From Thermodesulfobacteriota bacterium (lineage in GTDB: Bacteria > Desulfobacterota > Binatia > Binatales > Binataceae): a DNA stretch of 64,000 nt. Of the stretch, positions 58,966-64,000 are shown piece after piece. The translations under genes were made by a program, and so were the position numbers. The DNA is taken from positions 2,203-66,202 of the forward strand of contig JBKPEA010000026.1 in the NCBI GenBank assembly GCA_046728175.1. The letters run 5' to 3'. How positions within the stretch are numbered: the stretch's first letter is position 1; each line of letters starts with the position of its first letter. Below the pieces are notes generated by a model. It saw only the letters and a list, made by a program, of their open reading frames with translations. It had not been told where the DNA came from and searched no databases.

Positions 58966-59718
58966 ATGCGCTCAATAACATTCAGCGCGATCGAAGGAAT
59001 TCCACTGGTCAACAAGGGCGATGATCTGGCCCGGTTGATAGCGGGCGGAATCGAAAAAACCGGCCTCAAGTTGCAGGCCGGCGACATCGTGGTCGTCTGC
59101 CAGAAGGTGGTCTCCAAGGCCGAGGGTCGGGTCGTTGATCTGAAGACTATTGCGCCCTCGGAATTCGCGAACAGCCTGGCGAAACGATGGGAGAAAGATC
59201 CGCGAGCGGTGGAGCTGGTGCTCAGGCAGACCAACCGGATCGTCAGAAATGAGCGCGGTGTAATCATCGTTGAGACCGGGCAGGGATGGGTGTGCGCGAA
59301 CGCAGGCGTCGACGAATCCAACAGCCTGATCGACGATAGCGCGATCCTGTTGCCCGAAGATCCCGATACATCGGCGGCGAGAATTCGCGCCGGACTGAAA
59401 AACCTGTGCGGGCTCGATATTGCGGTTCTGGTCACCGACACCTTCGGGCGGCCGTGGCGCGACGGTCTCACCGAGATCTGTCTTGGGATAGCGGGGATGA
59501 ACCCGATCCTCGATCTGCGCGGGACCACGGACCTGGGCGGCCGCGAACTTCATCACACGGTCGTGGCGATCGCGGACGAACTGGCGGCAGCTGCAGGCCT
59601 GTTGATGGAAAAAGCCGCCGCCGTTCCGGCGGTTTTGGTGCGTGGTTATGCCTACCAGCCGTTTGAGGGAAGTGCCAAAGTATTGATTCGACCGGCCGAA
59701 GCAGATTTATTCCGCTAG
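58966..59718 (+). CDS. cofE: Coenzyme F420-0:L-glutamate ligase CofE
   Basis: 'VVVCQKVVSKAEGR', 'IVETGQGWVCANAGVDESN'. Confidence 0.7.
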   Translation: MRSITFSAIEGIPLVNKGDDLARLIAGGIEKTGLKLQAGDIVVVCQKVVSKAEGRVVDLKTIAPSEFANSLAKRWEKDPRAVELVLRQTNRIVRNERGVIIVETGQGWVCANAGVDESNSLIDDSAILLPEDPDTSAARIRAGLKNLCGLDIAVLVTDTFGRPWRDGLTEICLGIAGMNPILDLRGTTDLGGRELHHTVVAIADELAAAAGLLMEKAAAVPAVLVRGYAYQPFEGSAKVLIRPAEADLFR

Positions 59719-59721
59719 CCC

Positions 59722-60732
59722 GTGAAGAAAGCAAAGGCAATCGAGCTGGTTCACCCCCAGGCTGCTTCTGCACCGAATCCCGCGCGGGTGGTGGAACGCG
59801 ATCTTGCCGCCGCGGAGGCCAAACTTAAACGTCTGCTCGACTCGAATGAGTCGCTGATTTCGGAGGTGTGTCACTATCTGGTCGACGGCGGTGGCAAGCG
59901 ACTGCGTCCGACCTTCGTGCTCCTCGTGTATCGAGCATGTGGCGGGAGTGACGAGAAAGTTATCGATGCGATCGACGCCGGAATCGCGCTGGAACTGATT
60001 CACTCTGCAACACTGCTGCACGACGACATTATCGACGGTGGCAAGCTCCGGCGCGGTAAACCGAGCGCGCTGGCGCGGTACGGCTTTGCGCCGACGCTCA
60101 TCGCGGGAGACTTCCTGTTCTGCCGCGCGTTCGAACTGTGCGGCCGCTTCGAAGAGCACCTGGTGCGCATCGCGGCCCAGGCATGCATCGAATTGACTGA
60201 GGGCGAGGTGATGGAAGGGCGGCTCAGACATAGCCCGGTCGCCACAATTCGCGACTATCGCGCGGTTATCACCCGCAAGACCGCATCCCTGTTTCATGCC
60301 GGGGGAAAAGTCGCCGCCGATCTTGCCGGCGCTGCGCGCTACACGATCGGTGCGATGGCGAAACTCGGCCTCGCGATCGGGTTGGCGTTCCAGATGATCG
60401 ATGACGTGCTGGACATCCTTGGACCGGAGGAAAAGATTGGCAAGCCGGTCGGGTCAGACCTGCGCGAAGGCATTCCCTCGCTCCCGGTAGTGCTGGCGTC
60501 GCAACGGAACCCGGAACTCAAGGAGTTGTTTCAGAACGGCGGCGGGCTTAGCGGCGTCGCCTTCGATCGCGCGCTGGAAATCCTGCGCGATCCTGAGTTG
60601 ATCGCGGAGGCGCGCTCGCTGGCGTCGGTGGAAGTCAGGAATGCGCGCGAGATGCTTAACGAGCTCCGTCCGTCGCCCTATCGGGACGGTCTCGCAATTC
60701 TGATCGACGAGCAAATCGACCGCGAAGTCTGA
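59722..60732 (+). CDS. Polyprenyl synthetase family protein (trans-isoprenyl diphosphate synthase)
   Basis: First and second Asp-rich motifs 'LLHDDIIDGG' and 'FQMIDDVLD'. Confidence 0.85.
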   Translation: MKKAKAIELVHPQAASAPNPARVVERDLAAAEAKLKRLLDSNESLISEVCHYLVDGGGKRLRPTFVLLVYRACGGSDEKVIDAIDAGIALELIHSATLLHDDIIDGGKLRRGKPSALARYGFAPTLIAGDFLFCRAFELCGRFEEHLVRIAAQACIELTEGEVMEGRLRHSPVATIRDYRAVITRKTASLFHAGGKVAADLAGAARYTIGAMAKLGLAIGLAFQMIDDVLDILGPEEKIGKPVGSDLREGIPSLPVVLASQRNPELKELFQNGGGLSGVAFDRALEILRDPELIAEARSLASVEVRNAREMLNELRPSPYRDGLAILIDEQIDREV

Positions 60733-60743
60733 CCTGCGCCTCT

Positions 60744-61103
60744 CTATCCCTTGCGGCACACCACTTCGATGTTGTTGCCGTCCGGATCGTACACGAATGC
60801 GGCGTAGTAGTTCGGATGGTATTGCGCTCGCACTCCCGGTTGTCCATTGTCTCGGCCGCCGGCTGCCAGGGCGGCGCGGTAGAACGCATCGACGGCTGCG
60901 CGATTAGCAGCGGAGAACGCAATATGCAACGGATCGCGTGACTCAGTTCCGCCGATCCAGAACGACGGAAACGCTTCGTCGCCCATGCCGACGGCAGTGG
61001 GTAAATCAAAAATCACCTTATACCCGAGCGGGGTGAGCGCGGCGACAAAAAACTGCTTGCTCCGCCCAAGCTCGGAGACTGGAATGCCGATGTGATCGAG
61101 CAT
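60744..61103 (-). CDS. VOC/glyoxalase family protein
   Basis: 'MLDHIGIPVSELGRSKQFF…'. Start trimmed to this Met with a GGGAGAG ribosome-binding site. Confidence 0.7.
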   Translation of the reverse strand: MLDHIGIPVSELGRSKQFFVAALTPLGYKVIFDLPTAVGMGDEAFPSFWIGGTESRDPLHIAFSAANRAAVDAFYRAALAAGGRDNGQPGVRAQYHPNYYAAFVYDPDGNNIEVVCRKG

Positions 61104-61361
61104 CTTGTCACTCTCCCGAAGACGTGCCCAACCATTGCCAGATGGCTCGAATGCTGTCCAGCCGGACGGTGCGGCGGTCGGGTCCGCGACCCGGTCAATC
61201 CCCAGGATTCGGCGCAGTCCACGCCGTGCTTGCTCGTTGGGTGTATGGCCGCGCCGAAACCAGGGTGAGCGGGGTCCGGGCTCCATTGTTTTATGCGCAC
61301 CGGTGATTACGTCAATGGTCGTTGCTTCCCTGTGAGCGCATTAGGGGTTAGCTTGTCTCGA

Positions 61362-62297
61362 ATGGAGGGGCAGCAAGCGTACCCCAACCTGGTCGCAACC
61401 TACTCAATTGTGGCGCGCGATCCGGCCAGCGGACGGCTTGGGGTCGCGGTGCAATCGCACTATTTTTCCGTGGGCTCGGTCGTCACGTGGGCTGAAGCCG
61501 GCGTTGGATCGGTGGCGACCCAATCCTTCGTTGATCCCAGTTACGGAAAGCTCGGGCTTGATCTGATGCGTTCGGGGCGAAATGCGCCCGATACTCTGGC
61601 GGGCCTGGCAGCAGCGGACTCCGAGCGTGAGGTGCGTCAGGTTGCGATGGTCGACGCCAACGGAAATGCCGCGGCCCATACTGGCGCGAGATGCATCGCC
61701 GAAGCGGGCCACATCGTGGGCGAGGGATTTTCGGTTCAGGCCAACATGATGCATCACCAGAGCGTGTGGCCCGCGATGGCGGACGCGTATCGAGCAACCA
61801 GCGGCGACCTACCCGATCGTTTGATGGCGGCGCTGGAGGCGGCAGAGGGCGAGGGCGGTGACATCCGAGGAATGCAATCTGCGGCGATGTTGGTAGTCGA
61901 TGCGAGTGCGACCGGACGGCCGTGGGCCGAGCGCATGATCGATATCCGGGTGGAAGACGCTGCCCAGCCGCTGGTGGAACTCAAACGGCTGCTGGGGGTG
62001 CGGCGCGCCTACCTTTGTCGCATAGCTGCCGAGACCGCATTCGCGCGCCACGAGATCGAGGCGGGCGACCGCGAGTATCGGAAAGCGCAGGCACTGATCG
62101 GAGACAATCCTGAGATGCGCTTCTGGCATGCGATCGCGTTGGTCAATGCAGAACGCCTCGAGGATGCGTTGCCGCTTTTCAAAGAAGTGTTTGCCAAGGA
62201 CCAGCGCTGGCTGGAATTGGCAGAACGCCTTGGCGCCATCGGGCGGCTGCCCGCCGACCCGGCGCTGATGGCGAAGATCCGTTCGGCACTGCGCTGA
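61362..62297 (+). CDS. DUF1028 family (Ntn-hydrolase-fold) protein
   Basis: 'ATYSIVARDPASGRLGVAVQSHYFSVGS' is the characteristic DUF1028 N-terminus. Confidence 0.65.
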   Translation: MEGQQAYPNLVATYSIVARDPASGRLGVAVQSHYFSVGSVVTWAEAGVGSVATQSFVDPSYGKLGLDLMRSGRNAPDTLAGLAAADSEREVRQVAMVDANGNAAAHTGARCIAEAGHIVGEGFSVQANMMHHQSVWPAMADAYRATSGDLPDRLMAALEAAEGEGGDIRGMQSAAMLVVDASATGRPWAERMIDIRVEDAAQPLVELKRLLGVRRAYLCRIAAETAFARHEIEAGDREYRKAQALIGDNPEMRFWHAIALVNAERLEDALPLFKEVFAKDQRWLELAERLGAIGRLPADPALMAKIRSALR

Positions 62298-62481
62298 GCA
62301 CAGGACCACCTAAAATTCGGTGGCGCCCTCCACCCGCACGCACCATGCGCGGCTGGTTTGCGGCCGAGAACTCCGGCCAGTTGGTGTGGTGGAGACCAGC
62401 GCGCCTTTCCGGTTTGTTGCGGTCCTCTGGCCTGGGCTATCCTGACTGCAAGGTTCTCATGTCTCCAGGAGACCAGCGCTC

Positions 62482-63507
62482 ATGTCTCAACCCGAAGGCG
62501 CGCGGGCCGCTGCGGAGCCCGCAGCGCGAGTCGAGCAGGAACTTCAGCTCTACTACTGGATGAAGCTGGTTCGCGCTTTCGAAGAGCGCGTCTCACGCCT
62601 GCATCGGCAAAACAAGATTTTTGGCGGCGTTTATTCCGGCGCCGGCCAGGAGGCGATCGTTGCCGGGATCTGTGCTTCGCTGCGCGACGGAGATTTTGTT
62701 GCGCCGCTCCATCGCGACCTTGGAGTCTTTCTGGTGCGGGGCGTCGATCCCGGCCGCTTGATGGCCCAGTTGATGGGCAAGGAGACCGGGCTCTCGCGCG
62801 GCAAGGACTCCTTTCTGCACGGCGGCGACCTCGAGCACGGGATTTTCGGATCGACCTCGATGCTGGGTTCCTCGCTGCCGATCGCGGTGGGTGCCGCGCT
62901 CAAATTCCGGATGAAGCGCGAGAAGAACATCGCGGTGGCGTTCTTCGGTGAAGGCGCCTCCTCGCGCGGCGACGTGCACGAGGCGATGAACTTCGCTGGC
63001 GTGCACAAGCTGCCGGTGCTGTTCGTGTGCGAGAACAATCGCTACGCCTACTCGACCCCGCTCGAAAAGCAGATGGCTGTCGAGGACGTGGCGGACCGGG
63101 CGCAGGCCTACGGATTCAAAGGCCACGTGGTTTCCGGCAACGATTTGCTGGAGGTGCTCGAGGTCACCGAGCGGGTGGTGGCGCGAATCCGCAATGGCGA
63201 GGGGCCAGCGCTGATCGAATGCAAAACCTATCGTTATCGCGGACACAGCGAGCACGACGCCGCGCTCTACCGGGACCAGGAGGAGCTAATCGAGTGGCAG
63301 AGCCGCGACCCGATCCCCCGTTACGAGCTGTTCCTGGAAAAAAAGGGCCACGACGTGAAACATATCCGCGAACAGATCGACGAACGTGTGCAGAAGGTGG
63401 TGCAGGACGCGGTGGATTTTGCGGAGCACAGCGCTCTACCCAAAGCTGAAGAAGCACTTGAAGATTTGACGGCTCCCTCGCCGGCCCCCGCGCCCAAGGG
63501 CAGGTAG
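62482..63507 (+). CDS. 2-oxoacid (pyruvate/branched-chain) dehydrogenase E1 component alpha subunit, TPP-dependent
   Basis: 'GGVYSGAGQEAIVAG', a TPP-binding 'GEGASSRGD…N' region, 'CENNRYAYSTP'. Confidence 0.85.
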   Translation: MSQPEGARAAAEPAARVEQELQLYYWMKLVRAFEERVSRLHRQNKIFGGVYSGAGQEAIVAGICASLRDGDFVAPLHRDLGVFLVRGVDPGRLMAQLMGKETGLSRGKDSFLHGGDLEHGIFGSTSMLGSSLPIAVGAALKFRMKREKNIAVAFFGEGASSRGDVHEAMNFAGVHKLPVLFVCENNRYAYSTPLEKQMAVEDVADRAQAYGFKGHVVSGNDLLEVLEVTERVVARIRNGEGPALIECKTYRYRGHSEHDAALYRDQEELIEWQSRDPIPRYELFLEKKGHDVKHIREQIDERVQKVVQDAVDFAEHSALPKAEEALEDLTAPSPAPAPKGR

Positions 63508-63517
63508 GAGACGCGCG

Positions 63518-64000
63518 ATGGAGATGACCTACGTCAAGGCGATCAACTCGGCGTTGCTCGAGGAGATGCGGCGCGACGAGAACGTATTCGTCATGGGCGA
63601 GGACGTTGCGGAGCTGGGTGGAGCATTCAAGGCCACCGAAGGTCTGCTGGAGGCGTTCGGCGAGGAGCGGGTAATCGATACCCCCATCTCCGAAGCCCTG
63701 ATCGTCGGGGCCGGAATCGGCGCGGCGGTTCTCGGGCTGCGCCCCGTGCTCGAAATGCAATTTGCCGACTTCATCTCATGTGCCTTCGATCAGATCGTCA
63801 ACTCGGCCGCGACTCTCCGCTATCGTCACGGCGGTCGTGCGGCCTGCCCGATCGTCGTGCGTGCGCCCTCAGGCGCGGGAATTCATGGCGCGCTGTTCCA
63901 TTCGCAGAATCCCGAAGCGTGGTTTGCCCGCGTACCGGGGCTCAAGGTGGTGACGCCGGCCACGGTATATGACGCCAAGGGGTTGCTGAAGAGCGCCATC
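63518..64000 (+). CDS. 2-oxoacid dehydrogenase E1 component beta subunit (3'-partial at window edge)
   Basis: 'VFVMGEDVAELGGAFKATEGLLEAFGEERVIDTPISE'. Confidence 0.8.
   Translation, partial: MEMTYVKAINSALLEEMRRDENVFVMGEDVAELGGAFKATEGLLEAFGEERVIDTPISEALIVGAGIGAAVLGLRPVLEMQFADFISCAFDQIVNSAATLRYRHGGRAACPIVVRAPSGAGIHGALFHSQNPEAWFARVPGLKVVTPATVYDAKGLLKSAI

Overview
This is a 64-kb, high-GC (about 63–65%) chromosomal segment that is almost entirely protein-coding. No rRNA, tRNA, CRISPR array, transposase or integrase was recognised.

The main recognisable content, in order along the window:
- (a) A lipid/keto-acid catabolic cluster: two acyl-CoA dehydrogenases, a TetR regulator, a CaiB-type CoA-transferase and a DUF849/BKACE β-keto-acid cleavage enzyme. 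Next to it sits a multiply frameshifted FadL-type outer-membrane transporter pseudogene.
- (b) A stand-alone AAA+ ATPase with a winged-helix C-terminus, preceded by an AT-rich region carrying an inverted repeat (apparently leaderless) and flanked by roughly 400–460-bp non-coding stretches.
- (c) A lower-GC region of hypothetical genes at 16.3–20.7 kb: a YeaQ/GlsB-family protein, a small peptide followed by a 140-aa protein, a 416-aa secreted protein and a frameshifted hypothetical.
- (d) A UDP-sugar modification operon encoding a DegT aminotransferase, a UDP-glucuronate decarboxylase and an SDR.
- (e) Housekeeping genes: an L,D-transpeptidase, UvrD/PcrA, RlmE and a bifunctional-nuclease/PDZ protein.
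- (f) A selenocysteine-containing formate dehydrogenase operon (FdnG-like alpha with in-frame TGA and a SECIS-like hairpin, FdnH-like beta, an NrfD-type membrane subunit), with a divergent fdhD.
- (g) A B12-binding radical-SAM protein, an SH3b-like secreted protein, an MFS transporter, a NicO-like metal transporter, thiE, and a sigma-54 (NtrC-type) two-component pair.
- (h) An SLT/LysM transglycosylase, moeA and ispF.
- (i) A coenzyme F420 biosynthesis cluster (cofG, cofH, cofD, cofE, plus an LLM-family oxidoreductase).
- (j) A polyprenyl synthase, a DUF1028 protein and the start of a 2-oxoacid dehydrogenase E1 alpha/beta pair.

Several genes look genuinely decayed (the FadL-like gene, a DUF1329-like gene, a hypothetical at 19.7 kb and a P-loop remnant). 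Long essential genes nearby are intact, so this argues for true pseudogenisation rather than pervasive sequencing error.

No single unambiguous novel system is evident. The most interesting candidates are the orphan ATPase locus and the hypothetical region at 16–20.7 kb.
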